A DNA stretch of 64,000 nucleotides from Podarcis pityusensis (taxonomy: Eukaryota). The stretch is taken from assembly GCA_964106645.2 (NCBI GenBank), contig OZ067038.1; one strand, given 5' to 3'. The position numbers and the translations under genes are program-made. The notes under the pieces were generated by a model that was given only the letters and a program-made list of their open reading frames with translations, had not been told where the DNA came from and ran no database searches. Each line of letters begins with the position of its first letter. Position 1 is the first letter of the stretch. Below are positions 13,766-26,114 of this stretch, piece after piece.

Positions 13766-16072
13766 TACTATTATTTTTAAAATTTATATACTACTCTTCA
13801 TCCAAAGACAATAGGCCAGCTTACAACATAAAAACACAAAATACACAGCATAATAATAATAATAATACCCCCTTCTGTTATTCATTCATTTATCCCATAC
13901 TTCCAGTGCGTTTCCCCATGACTTTCCAAACCGCAGAAAGCCTGATTCTTTTTTAAAGTGGATTTGTTGAGCTAGTGCAACAGAGCCTTTCAGTTCAATT
14001 TAACGGCTCAGACATAAGTTTCCGATGTGCTCTTGAATCCCACTTGCAAAATAGTGACTGTCTGGAGGCACCCTTAGGCGATTTATGCTTGCCTAATTGA
14101 AACAGCAACATAAGATGATGTGGGGTGCAACATTTTGATGTTTCTTAGATGCATTTTTCTTCTTCTGCAATATGATTTGTCTCTTAAATTCCCTCTGAGT
14201 ATCCATGATGAGTAGTGCAGAAATCTTTATACATGTTGCCCAAGAGGATAAAAGATACAATATTGCCTTGGTCTAACCTCTTAAAACAATGGCTATTTTA
14301 ATTTTCTGTCTCATAGAAGGAGTCTTAAAGCTATAAGTTGGTTAGAAATTGAGATAACCCTTATCTTTCTCTGCCCCTCCCAGTTATATGGGTTTGTGTA
14401 TGCCTGCTGTGATCCTGGGAAAAGCACTGGCAAAGTCAATACGATAACATTCCTGTCTGTAGGACCAATAAATAAGCCATAATCTTTGAGTTTTACATAG
14501 AGGTGCCTTTTCAGTTATTGCTGTTGCAACAGACCAACCTAATCTGCTTTTATTGATAATGCTTTTGTATAAATTGACCTCACCTTGCAAAGAAGCAAAC
14601 TGGCTAGAAAGTTTGTGTGTCATGGTGGGGGGAGTGAGAGAGTGATCTTGGGAGCTAGTTTGCTCAGCCAGTAATAGGTGTCAGTATCTTCAAAGTATGC
14701 TGTTTGTTGTGACATTTCTTTGTGTCTTCTCTGTATACTGGGAGAACCCTTGAGTGCCTCCCAGACCATTTACAGACACATTTACACAGTTTTCTTTTCA
14801 TTTAGCGCTGTATTTGTGTTAGCCTTTGCAAAGGGATAGCCATGCTGACATTCACTTATAGAAACAGGACTGAATGTGTACTCCAGTGCAAGCCTGGTTT
14901 GGACAAAATGCCAAATTGTGGTTTGTTTAAAATAAAGAAAGGAGGAAGAAAATGGATCTATGTGGCTCATACTTCTGCTGCCAACCCATGCTTGGGCATT
15001 ATGTCTGAACCAGTCCTAGGGGTGTGACCACAAATGAAAATTCTTTGAGGCCACTTACACTGCACCTTAGTTTTGCTTTAACCACGTTATTCTGTGCAGT
15101 TTTGCAGGGAAGCATTTTGCACAGCAGTTACTGGTTTTAAGTTTATTGTGGCAATTACATAATGAAGTAGATAATTGATTCTCCCTTCCAGACTCTTTTT
15201 ATGATGATGTGAAACCAGTTTACCATCTTGCAGGGATGTACGCTTTGTTGTTTGTAAGTTGAAGCCTGCCATATTTGTTAATGAAATAGGTGATGTTTAG
15301 GGTTGGTATAACTGCCCTGAGGCATTTTGCTGCCTGAGAGGGAAAGCATGACTTCCCCACTCCCCTTCCATGTACAGAAGCTGACTCTGGCAACGAGACA
15401 GCATCCTTCACCTCACCTGAAGGCATCAGCAAGCCCAGGACAGGCCATATGGCACACAGAGTTCTGTCTTTCAACACTTCGCTACTCCTCGCCCTAATTG
15501 GGTCATTGCCAACACGGATAGATGCTGCTGTGTAGCAGCATGTGTTGCATGGGCATGTGCTAAAGTTTCTGGACTGTATGGCTTATGCTGGTTGCCTCTT
15601 TGCAATGCATACTTCTTCAGTCTGGGGCTTTCCTGTACTGTGACGTGTTGAAAAAAAGTGACTGGGTGAGACATATAGCCATACTAGGCACAACAAGCAG
15701 GCTCACTGGCACAGGAGGGTAGGAATGGCCAGGAGACTTAGGGGGAACATACAGGGTGGCATTGTTACCACCTGAGACAATTACCTCATTCTGTAATGAT
15801 AGGGTTGCCCCTGCAAAAAGCAAAGGCTCTCCCTATCATTATTTGTTTAGTTAGCTGCCTGTGGCTTGGATCCTAAGCACAGTTTCTTGGAGGCACGTTT
15901 CAAAATTGGTAGGATTTGCTTCCAAGTAATAAGATGCATAAAAGTGAGGTGCCAGATTACTACAGTTCTAGCAGATGAGTTTCCTTACCCCTTAAATTAA
16001 ATATATCTACTACAGTGCAGTAGGGTATTGATTATCTGATTAAGCCCTTTAACTCATCAGAAATGTGAGGAG

Positions 16073-16465
16073 ATAGTCAATAGAGCAGAAGACTCTTTAA
16101 TCTCAGTGTCATAGATTCAAGCCCCACACTGGGCAAAAAGATTCCTGCATTGCAGTGGGTTAGAGTCAGGGGTCAGCAAACTTTTTCAGCAGGGGACCGG
16201 TCCTCTATCCCTCAGACCTTGTGGAGGGCTGGACTATATTTTTTTTTGGGGGGGGAGAATGAATTCCTATGCCCCACAAATAATCCAGAGATGCATTTTA
16301 AATAAAAGGACACATTCTACTCATGTAAAAACACGCTGATTTCCAGACTGTCCGCGGGCTGGATTTAGAAGGTGATTGGGCCGGATCTGGCCCCTGGGCC
16401 TTAGTTTGTCTACCCTTGGAGTAGATTGTCCTTGTGCTGTCTTCCAACTCTATTGTTCTGTTCTC
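16073..16465 (+). mobile_element. tRNA-head / CR1-tail SINE interrupted by a hAT MITE
   Basis: tRNA-like head (ttcaagccccacactgggcaaaaagattcctgcattgcag); CR1-type 3' end (cttccaactcta...ttct) resumes after 16418. Confidence 0.65.
16167..16418. mobile_element. hAT MITE, same family as 2866-3118, opposite orientation
   Basis: Reverse-complement match to the 2866 copy; CAGGGGTC...TACCCTTG termini; TSD not clean. Confidence 0.85.
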
Positions 16466-17057
16466 TACTACTGTCTAAAGTGTACAATACTTTGGACTGA
16501 TCCCAGGATTTGGGATGGTTGGTGTTGAAGGAGTGCTATATTTACATATGAAAGGGATGAAACAATTACATTTTGTTTTGAAATGTAGAATTATGTAGTC
16601 AATATTGATTTGTGCAAAATACAAGGAATAGTAAATGCCAAAAAAGAAATGGAAATCTGTGTATTGGCTGAAATAGGCAAAATATAAGAGCAGAGGAATA
16701 AATATGGGTTTAAGGGCCCCTACCTGTTAGCTGTGCTGAAGTCTTTTTAAAATGGGGCACAAGAGCTTATGTGTGTAGTGGATAGTGGTCATGATCTTTG
16801 ATATACTTTGGGACCATAATAGCATTATGAATAATGGAATCTTGCTTCCTGTACATTGTCTAATATACCAAATTGATATCTGAGAATCATTTACAAAATA
16901 AAAGGGACAGGTTTTTAATCTCATAGTTGCATACTAGAAGATAAAAGGAACTGCCTTTGTATTTTTAAGTCTAATATCCCAGTCTTGGGATGCAGAACAT
17001 ACAATGCTCTATTATACATGTATATGCATGGACAGGTAGTCTCAATTTAAAGGAATA

Positions 17058-17299
17058 CAGTGGTACCTCGGGTTACATATGCTTCGGGTTACATACGCTT
17101 CAGGTTACAGTCTCCGCTAACCCAGAAATACTACCTTGGGTTAAGAACTTTGCTTCAGGATGAGAACAGAAATTGTGCTCCAGCGGCGCGGCAGCAGCGG
17201 GAGGCCCTATTAGCTAAAGTGGTGCTTCAGGTTAAGAACAGTTTCAGGTTAAGAACGGACCTCCAGAACGAATTAAGTACGTAACCAGAGATACCAGTG
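17058..17299. mobile_element. Tc1/mariner (pogo/Tigger-like) MITE, family A
   Basis: TA|CAGTGGTACCTC...CAGTG|TA; copies at 39087, 54809, 55502. Confidence 0.9.
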
Positions 17300-17989
17300 T
17301 ATATGTGCATTTTGAGCACACAGCGTGAAATGGATGCTTTCATGGTGTAGTGAGGACTGAAGTATACATTTCTCTACAACAGATCCCTTCTCACAGGCCA
17401 AGCATGCCAGGACTAAGTTCTGACTAGTGGTAGTAGTAGTGGCAGTAGTAACAGGAGTAAGAATAAAGGGCTGACTTCACAGCAAGGAATGAGTGAAAGC
17501 AGATACCATACAGGCCCCAGCATGAGCTCCTCTTCCTGCTCTGCCCTCTGAATGAAACAGAAGTAAAAAAGAGACTTCAGATAATTTAAACTGGAAACGC
17601 TAATAATTTTTGAAGAGAGTTGAAATTAGCTTTCCTTATGTGTGTGCTTCTTCTGTTTTGCTGGTCAGACATGTTTGGCAGGTTTTTTAGTCAATACAGA
17701 AACCTGTTTACCAGAGGTCAAAATGGAATGAGTAGTTGTCTTACTTCCAAACCAATTTTTGCTCTCCAGTCCCAGTGAATTCCATCCATTTCCTCTAGAC
17801 TTCCTGCAAACACAATGAAGATTGTAGGATGTTTGAGTGAAGGGAACACACAAACATTGCTTGAAAAATAATGCACCATAAAACCATGAGCTGAAGAAGG
17901 AGATACTGTGCAGCAAACTGCAGCCACAAAGTGCCCCTGACACAAATGATTCAATCTCTTTTGCATTTATAAATACATTGTGGAGTCAG

Positions 17990-18348
17990 AAATCTTTGGC
18001 GATCACTCGTAGCTGAGTAAGATCGTCTTCCATAAACACGGTTTTAACAGTGAGTCCATAAGTGACTGTCGAGGCCAATTCTGGATCCACACATCCTTCC
18101 ACAGTGGGGACATTGGTTTCCAAGCGGGAGTTGATCACGGTGTGGATTTGCCAAGCATGCCTTCCTCTTAGCATGTTTCTCCCTTGCGTCCTGAGTTTGA
18201 GTGTCTTCAAAGCCTATGACACCTTCGGTAAAGGCTGTTCTCCAACTGGAGCGCTCGCAGGCCAGTGTTTCCCAGTTGTCAGTGTTTATACTACATTTTT
18301 TTAGATTTACCTCGAGACAGTCTTTAAACCTCTTTTGTTGACCAGGAG
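17990..18348 (-). mobile_element. RTE-clade LINE 3' fragment (second family)
   Basis: Minus-strand GQQKRFKDCL...NWETLACERSSWR and QCPHCGRMCGSRIGLDSHLWTHC*. Confidence 0.8.
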
Positions 18349-19384
18349 TCAGAAATATGCTCTATTTGACCAGTACAACACTGCACTGGCTTGAGTAACT
18401 TCTCTGAAAATGTGATATTCTTGTACCAAAAGCACTACCTGTGCAAAAAGCATGAGGGATGATAGTGGAAACGGCCCTGAATTAAGCTGCATGGTAAGTG
18501 TATCCTGCTGTGACACAATCCATTTATAAATCAGCATTCAGTACATGAAATATTTGTGAAAGGACCCTATGAGAATTGGCACCCTCTGAGATAAGTCTTT
18601 GGTTGCTTCTTAATGCTGAGATCCATACCTGCCGTTTACTCCCTCCCACTATCTGATGGTTGGGTGTGTACTTAACAGCTCCTGTGTGTAAGCAAAAAGA
18701 GCAGCATTTCTTCAGTTTCTTCCTGATCAGGTATGGGAATGTTTGTCTAGCAGACAAAGGCAACATATTATGCATACTTGAAGGGACCCAGCCCAGTCAC
18801 AGTAGGGTGTTGTTGTTTTATTCATAGTTTATGGATAGAAGGATGAAATAATGAAATGAAATTTTGTGGCAGTACTACTCTGGCAGTTCTTTGTAGAATA
18901 ATTATGGTCATGATAGAACAGACAAGAGCAATTGTGTAGGATTAGGCTACATGTATTCAGATGCTGAGCAGTGGGCTTTACTCCCTTGTAAGGTATAGAA
19001 CTGCAATCCTATGTAACTTTTGTGTTAGCAAAAAAAGAAGCCATTCATATACGAAGCAATTCAGTTTCCACCTGGGAAATTTCATTCATATAACTTTAAC
19101 AACAACTGCAACAATGATGATAATGCAGTAATGCTTATTTGGAGTGTTTTCAGGACAAAGCATCACAGTAGTCAGTGGCACTTTAACAACTGTGTTTGCA
19201 TCTACTAAAGTTATTGCCATTTCTGCCAGAACATCATAGTTGTGAACAATTCATTGTATATATAGGACTGCTGTCCCACCAACAGTGAAAACCTTTGATA
19301 ATGGAAGTGCTCACTTGAATATGAGTTCTCACTTGACGTTCTGCCAGCAGTGGCATTAACTTTAGTAGAGTTGCGTATTTAGGC

Positions 19385-19758
19385 AAGGTAAAGGTTAAGG
19401 ACCCCTGGATGGTTAAGTTCAGTCAAAGGCAACTTTGGGGTGTGGCGCTCATCTTGCTTCAGGCCTAGGGAACCAGCGTTTGTCCACAGACAGCTTTCCG
19501 AGTCATGAGGCCAGCATGACTAAACCGCTTGTGGCACAATGGGACACCGTGACGAGTGCACAGGGAACCGCCATTTACCTTCCTGCCACAGCAGTACCTA
19601 ATTGTCTACTTGCACTGGTATACTTCTGAACTGCTAGGTTGTCAGGAGCTGGAACAGAGCAATGGGAGCTCACCCCATCGCGTGGACTCAAACTGCTGAC
19701 CTTCCAATTGGCAAGCCCAAGGGGCTCAGTGGTTTAGACCACAGCGCCACCTGTTCCC
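19385..19758 (-). mobile_element. Sauria SINE (near full length)
   Basis: AAGGTAAAGG tail, body similar to the 5689 copy, tRNA-like head near 19690-19758. Confidence 0.85.
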
Positions 19759-20904
19759 TATAGTTGCATATTTATGCCTACTGTTACACCAGCAGTGGTA
19801 GTTAAGAACCATTGGGTGCCTCCAGAATAGTCCATCAACAGGCAACCAGAGCCCTTGAAGTTGGGTTTGAATCTCTGGTTGCTTATAGCATACAAACAAC
19901 ACATAAAAAGGTCTCAAATACATAAGTTACTCTTAATTGAGAACTGCATGAGAAAATTATGTTCCATGTGCTACATCACTTGGCAAGTAGAGCGCAATGT
20001 GGAATAAATTCCCATTTAAATTTATCTGCTAACATGAGGGAGACTATTTTAGAACTGGTACATAGATGGTACTTAGGTCATTTAACTATCATATGTGATG
20101 GCCATGTGTGCAAAATGAATTTTACTTGGAAGTCACCCCACACCAAAATAGTATTGATCAGTCAGACATGATTTATGCTTTGTACTTCTGGACATTTCTG
20201 AAAATGATTATTATTCTTACAAAGACTTATCAACTTTTGTTTATAGCAGCTAAACTGGATATGTCTGAGCACTGGAAAAGATACAGAACCTCTATCTATT
20301 TCTCAATGGTATCAAATAAGGTGGAGGTTCACTGTCATGGACAAACAAGTGCATCCATTTCATGTACTTCATTGTTCCAGTTCCAGTTCATATCAAATAC
20401 TAACAAGTATACAGACATGCAACTTTTTGCTCAGCAAAATGTACTGTGTTGTACAGGTTTTTTTGAAGGTTGATTGCTTTTCCTTTGAACTTGTAGCTCT
20501 GAAGCACTTATTATAATTATAGTATCTTTTAAAAAAAAGTTTCCAGGTGTGCAAATGACCAGTGAATACCACCAATGCTTTTTTTTATACATTAGCAGTA
20601 TTTGGTTGGCTAGGTTTCCCCCCCTGTTCTTTCCTTTTTCTATAGTGCTTGCTTCAGTGCATTGCCTCTGGTGCATTGTGTGTGGTGTGTGTGTTATGAG
20701 GAGGGTTGTTGAATGTGATCATTGTGTTAATGCCCTTATTATCAATTTGTTCTCTGTTCATTATAAATAAGGAATCTATGGCATAGATAGAGTTATAGTT
20801 AGAATCACATAGTTAGCTGATCTTGTTATCAGGATGATAAATATTTATCTCTCTTCTCTATAGTAAATTCACTTTAAACAGTCTTTCAGGAGACATCACA
20901 TGGT

Positions 20905-20917
20905 ATGCATATTAAAA
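20905..20917 (+). CDS. SIGIRR: Candidate SIGIRR start exon (exon 20864-20917; coding MHIK + 1 nt)
   Basis: Pyrimidine-rich acceptor ctcttctctatag ending 20863 and consensus donor AAA|GTAAGT at 20918. ATG 20905 leaves phase 1, in frame with the exon at 21071. In-frame TAA upstream at 20875. Would give a 529-aa two-Ig protein. Confidence 0.5.
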
Positions 20918-21070
20918 GTAAGTTCAGCCAGGGGGGCAGTGTCTATGACCTGGTTGGGCATGAATGACTTTGTTGCTGTTGGAGTTGCGTATTCTGTGCT
21001 TGCTGTAGAAATGTAGGTTGGATTAGGCATCACAGAAGTAGTTGCAATTTAACTGCTTTGCTTTATTTAG

Positions 21071-21418
21071 AATTCTTTTCGCTGACGGTTTCATCTAATT
21101 TATCGTGTGTGGACCCAGATCACTTCTATGATCACACCATTTGGACCCAGCAAGAACAGGTTAATCATTTGTTCTGCCCTTTGGATAACCAGAGCCTCCA
21201 GCTTCTTCAGTCTACCTCAAACTTTAGCATCCAGTGGAGCAAAAACTGTCATCTGCTTAACTTCACCGCGTTAAGCCACCTGCACAGCACACTGCAGAAC
21301 ACAACAACATACCTCACCTTTGAGCACGCAAATGCCAGCGATGCAGGCAACTATACCTGCACGCTCTACTTGAACGATCAGAGAAACAGCTCCTTCACTG
21401 TCCGGCTGGTCATGGCAG
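21071..21418 (+). CDS. SIGIRR: SIGIRR extra Ig-like domain exon (IL-1R family D2 type)
   Basis: 348-nt open phase 1-1 exon, tttag|...G|GTGAGT. Encodes C...LFCP...IQWSKNC...DAGNYTC...FTVRLVMA with 8 N-glycosylation sequons. Confidence 0.85.
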
Positions 21419-24400
21419 GTGAGTGAAAGAAGTGGGAATTTGCAAACATGACTTTGGATCCCTAACCTAACACTGACGTCTCCTCTTGGGCCCATCCCAG
21501 GAGAAGCAGTACTGCTACTGTTTCAAGATGGGCCACTTGTCTGCCTAAGTCTGGATCCTATGTTGCTCATTAGACACATAGTAGCTGTGAAGTATCTAAC
21601 TATGTAGGGCATGATTTTGTCCGTTTTCTCCTAAACATAAGGTACTGATCATACTCAAATAAGTTATGGCATTAGATAAGCCCTGGGGATGTGAGCCAAT
21701 TTATCAAGTGCTATGATCCAAATTATGCATTGTCAACCAGAAGTTGGCGGGTTGATGTCTGTGACTGTATGTGTGGCTGTTGCTGAAGAGGGCTTCCCTT
21801 TACCTGGGAGAAAAAGGCAGACACGGAGCTCTTTCTGAGCCCTCTCTGCATTTTATGTTATATCTAAGATGACATATAAAGGTAAAGGGACCCCTGACTG
21901 TTTGGTCCAGTCACGGATGACTCTGAGGTTTCGGCGCTCATCTCGCTTTACTGGCTGATAGAACTGTGTAAACAGATAAACCTGGCGAAGGCTTCACTGT
22001 GGTGGAGACATAGTTTAGGAGAGAGAGAAAAGATTTAATGTTTCTAAAGCTGTGATAACAAGTGATAGTACCTAAAATGTGGTGAGAGGTACCTGAAGCT
22101 ACCAAGATAAGCTCACTCCGTCCCCCATTTGCTAGTTGCATTGTCAGAGTTGAAATGGGGAAAGACAGGTTTAAAAAAATATATATGTTGAGATTTTAAA
22201 AATTAGCAGACTTGTTGGCACAGATAAGTGTGTTTTTGTCTCTGCTTAATCTTTTATAGTGCACTTAAACTAGGATGGATCACCATTTTGGAGCACTTCA
22301 TTATGCTATTAGAAACATAAATTAGCTAAAGATGGTCAGAGGGAGATCATACATCATTTGAGCTGAAATCCTGCACACACATCCTGAGACCTGGAAGTCA
22401 GGCTTGCTAGGCACTGTAGGTCTTATTTCTGAGAAGATTTGTATAGGATTGTACTCTTCAATTTTTTTTATTAATTAAGATAAGGATGGTAGTTGCTGGT
22501 TTCTCAGGAAGTTCTCCTGAATTGGCTAAGGACTGGATATGGGCTCTAAAAAGAATATTTTTTGTATTGTTCTCCCTTTTAAATAAAGGTAAAGTTTGGA
22601 AATGAGTCCAATACACACAGAGGTACCTACAGAAGGGAGAGCCTTTACATTTTAAAAAATGATGACCATGATGGCCTAGTTCTCCTTTTCAGAATTTAAG
22701 GGAATGTAAGGGAAAGGAAAATTAGGGACAAGTACCTGTGACATATTCTAGTTTTTAATGCAATGTGACATTTGCACCTTAAACACCCTATTTTCCGCAA
22801 TAGGATTCAGAAAGTTCTTCATTAAAAAACGCACGCTCACATATGCTGAAAATGTGTCACATATGCTGAAAATATTTAGCATGGATGAATGAGTTGACAG
22901 TATGGAAGACAGAGGGGGAAGAACAGCACTGTGCTGGACTCTGAACAGGCAGTGAGAATAATTAAAGTACTGGCACTAGGACTTCAAAAGTTAATAATTA
23001 ATACCATATCTCATATTCAGCACTTCTGTGATGTGCATACCCCTTTATCCTGGGCATTTCTCTATTATGGGACATGACATGCTTTCCAGATAACCTGAAC
23101 ATTCTGTCTTTCCCACTATAGTCCTTACTGAATTTCTCATTGTTTTCTCAAGTCAAATCAGAACTGCAGAACCAGCCTTGAGAGAGAGGTTATACTCAGC
23201 AATTTGTCTAGTTAAGTCGGCGAACCCACTGTGCAAGGGAGATTGTGCTTAGGTGCAGGGTCACAGGGACAAGAGTAGCTTGACTTTCTTTGTTATGTTA
23301 GCCAGACCTAAATAGCCAATATAAGATTTGCAGTATTCAGTCTGGAAGTTCAGTGCTCTCATTGAAAAGCTCTCTTACGATGTACTGTTATTGTTTCCCC
23401 AACAGATATTTGCAGTGTCCTTCCTCGTTTCCTTTACCCCTCCAGCAATCTGACTTTGCAACGTGATTTGGGAAGCCAGTTTACACTGAACTGCACTGTG
23501 CAGCTGCCCTACACGAAAAGCTGTGATTTTGGCCTCCACTGGATGAAAGATGACCAGTTGCTAGACAACGAGACCTTTGCTGCTTCTACTCATTGGTAAG
23601 AAGGCTTTTATGTATAATGGAAAATAAAGCTAAATTGACTGTATAAACTAGAAACAAATTAAAATAGTGTCTCCCAGACTCTGAAGATAATGGTGGATCT
23701 TTAAGGGCTTATGTATACTATTAGCCTTATAGGTTTGTAGAATAGGGGCAGTAGTGTAATATATATACTTCAATGGGAGGAAATATCTTTGCTATAGTAG
23801 GGTGAGATTGAGTGAGAGTGGGAGATTGTGTTTCTGTTAAAAAGCAAATTGTACACTTAAGCCCTGGAGAAGAGCTTAAGAGAATGCTCTATGTATCAGT
23901 CTTCAATGGGGAGGCAGAGGGAGAGGGAGAGGGAGAGGGAGAGGAAGAAGACCCTTTCAGATGTTTGTGGCTTCAGAACAAATCTGGTTTCATGAACACC
24001 CCCTTTATTTTAGTGTTCCCACTGCAGGGGACTTGTGTTGTACGTTATCAGTGGGGTCATAGATATGTTCTACTAGGTTACTGTGAACTCATGTAATATT
24101 TTGTACATTACTCAATAATGGCATGGAGGCTGTAGCTGGGAGAAGAAAAATTGACATTTCACTAGTAAGAAAAAAATGCACTTTAAGCAATAGGACATTG
24201 CTACTATAGTTCCACAAAATAAGTACTTTTATGTAAGACAATGGGATCCCATACAACAACTAAGCAACCACAATTAATCCTTTGCTTTAAAAGAACAAGG
24301 AAAAAGATGATTTTGAAAGTCCCCAAATTTCTACTAGTTTTTTTTAAAATATAATTTTTATTAACAAACCAATCAAATCACATTAATTCCAAATTACACA

Positions 24401-26060
24401 GCCAAATTTTTAAATTTTTGTTGGGGCTACCCATGCTTTGAGCTCAGAAAGGGATCCAAACATCTCTCTTGCTGCTGCTTTAATGTTCACAGTTCTGTCC
24501 AAACAGTATTCACAGTTCTGTTCAATCTTCTCTTTATTATTTTCCTCATCTTCTTGTTGTTGTCATATATTCCTTTCTTTGTGACCTCTGATAGTCTCCA
24601 CAAGCGGGTTGAAAACAAACGTTGTTATATCCTGTGTGGATTTTCATTCCTCCAAGAGCCATATTCAAACAGACAGACGCCATTTCCGCACTTCCGTACA
24701 AAACATTCTTAAAGTCTGTCCATTAATCCTCGCAGGCCTGTCAGTCTCTTAGGGGGTTCTGCCAGGTCAAACTCACAGTCCGATATAATAACAAGCCATG
24801 GTCTCCTCCCCCTCGATCATAAATCCTGTAGCCAGGCCTGCCCTAACAAGTCTATTTTTATAACTGCATCACAAAGACCTTTCATTCCTTCCCAGACATT
24901 CCACAAACCATGTCTTTGATTAGTAATTTATTTCCACACAGTTCTTAATCATCCTGCTTGTAATCAGTAATTGCAACGATTCTTCTTGGGGGGGGGAGGT
25001 TATTAGGTACTCACATAAGATAAAAAAAGAAAAGTCCCCCCCCTTTCAGTCCCGTTTCGACATACCGACCCTTTGATGTATCTTCTTCTTGATATATTGT
25101 TAATCGCTCGTCGCTCCACTTCACAGAGGTCACTTCAATTAGCAGTCTTTACTCCCGATCTTCACTCGAAATATGTGCATTTGCTTCTCTCTAATTGTTT
25201 ATTATGAGCTCCTGCAACCAGGCAGTGTTCCCCATTCCCTTGGGGTAACAAGGGAGGCTGCATACTTCCATATCAGCTTCTTAATTACCTCGTGTGAGAC
25301 GGAGAGATGTTATTGTCGGCCATCTTCCAATGCGCCCCTAGCGGCCCCCCAAATGTCTACTAGTTTTTGTGGAAGAAAAGGTTTTCAAAGGCCAACGTGA
25401 TAAAATAGTGACAGTATTTCCAGATCATAGATACTCAAATGGACACTCTTGTTACCAACTCACAGTTCATTCCTTGTCCAAATTTAATGTTTGGTATAAT
25501 CCAAGATTGATAGGGTGGAGACCTCTGAGTTTCCTTCCGGTCCGGTTCTGACTGAAATTTCCTAGTGTTTGTTTTCAATCAGTGCTAACGTAAATCATCT
25601 TCTATTTGCACCCCAGGTTCAATGACAATAAATCAGAGATATTCATCTCCAGCACTTTGGATATGAATGTAACAACAGATGAAAATTATGGAGCATTTGC
25701 CTGCTGGGTTAGAAACAGTACAGCAGTTTTCACACTGCAAAAATCAGGTAGCATTTCTTTGTACTTCATACCATGTGCATTTGGTGTGGGCCGGTACTCT
25801 ATTTGAAGGTTGTTATCTTTATTAAGTTGTTCAAAAAAGATTCTGCTACTCACTAACTGTATTCCATAGTAGAATTCCCATGAGTATTTCTGAAATGAGA
25901 GTTGGAGATACTTTTTTTTTTTTTAAGAGTTGACAGACTACTCTGAAAACACACTTATGGCATTCAATCCAAATGTAAATTTCCCTTTCAGAAGTGACCT
26001 CTGAAAACCAATAGATAAGAATATGGCTGTGTACAGCATTGATTGGCTGATGCCTTTGAA

Positions 26061-26114
<54 letters not shown>

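Noticed and set aside
20964-21008. Hydrophobic ORF MTLLLLELRILCLL* as the signal peptide for the extra Ig exon
   Set aside because: Joining it in frame needs a very poor donor (TGC|GTATTC at 20989). The 20917 donor is much stronger. Not fully excluded.
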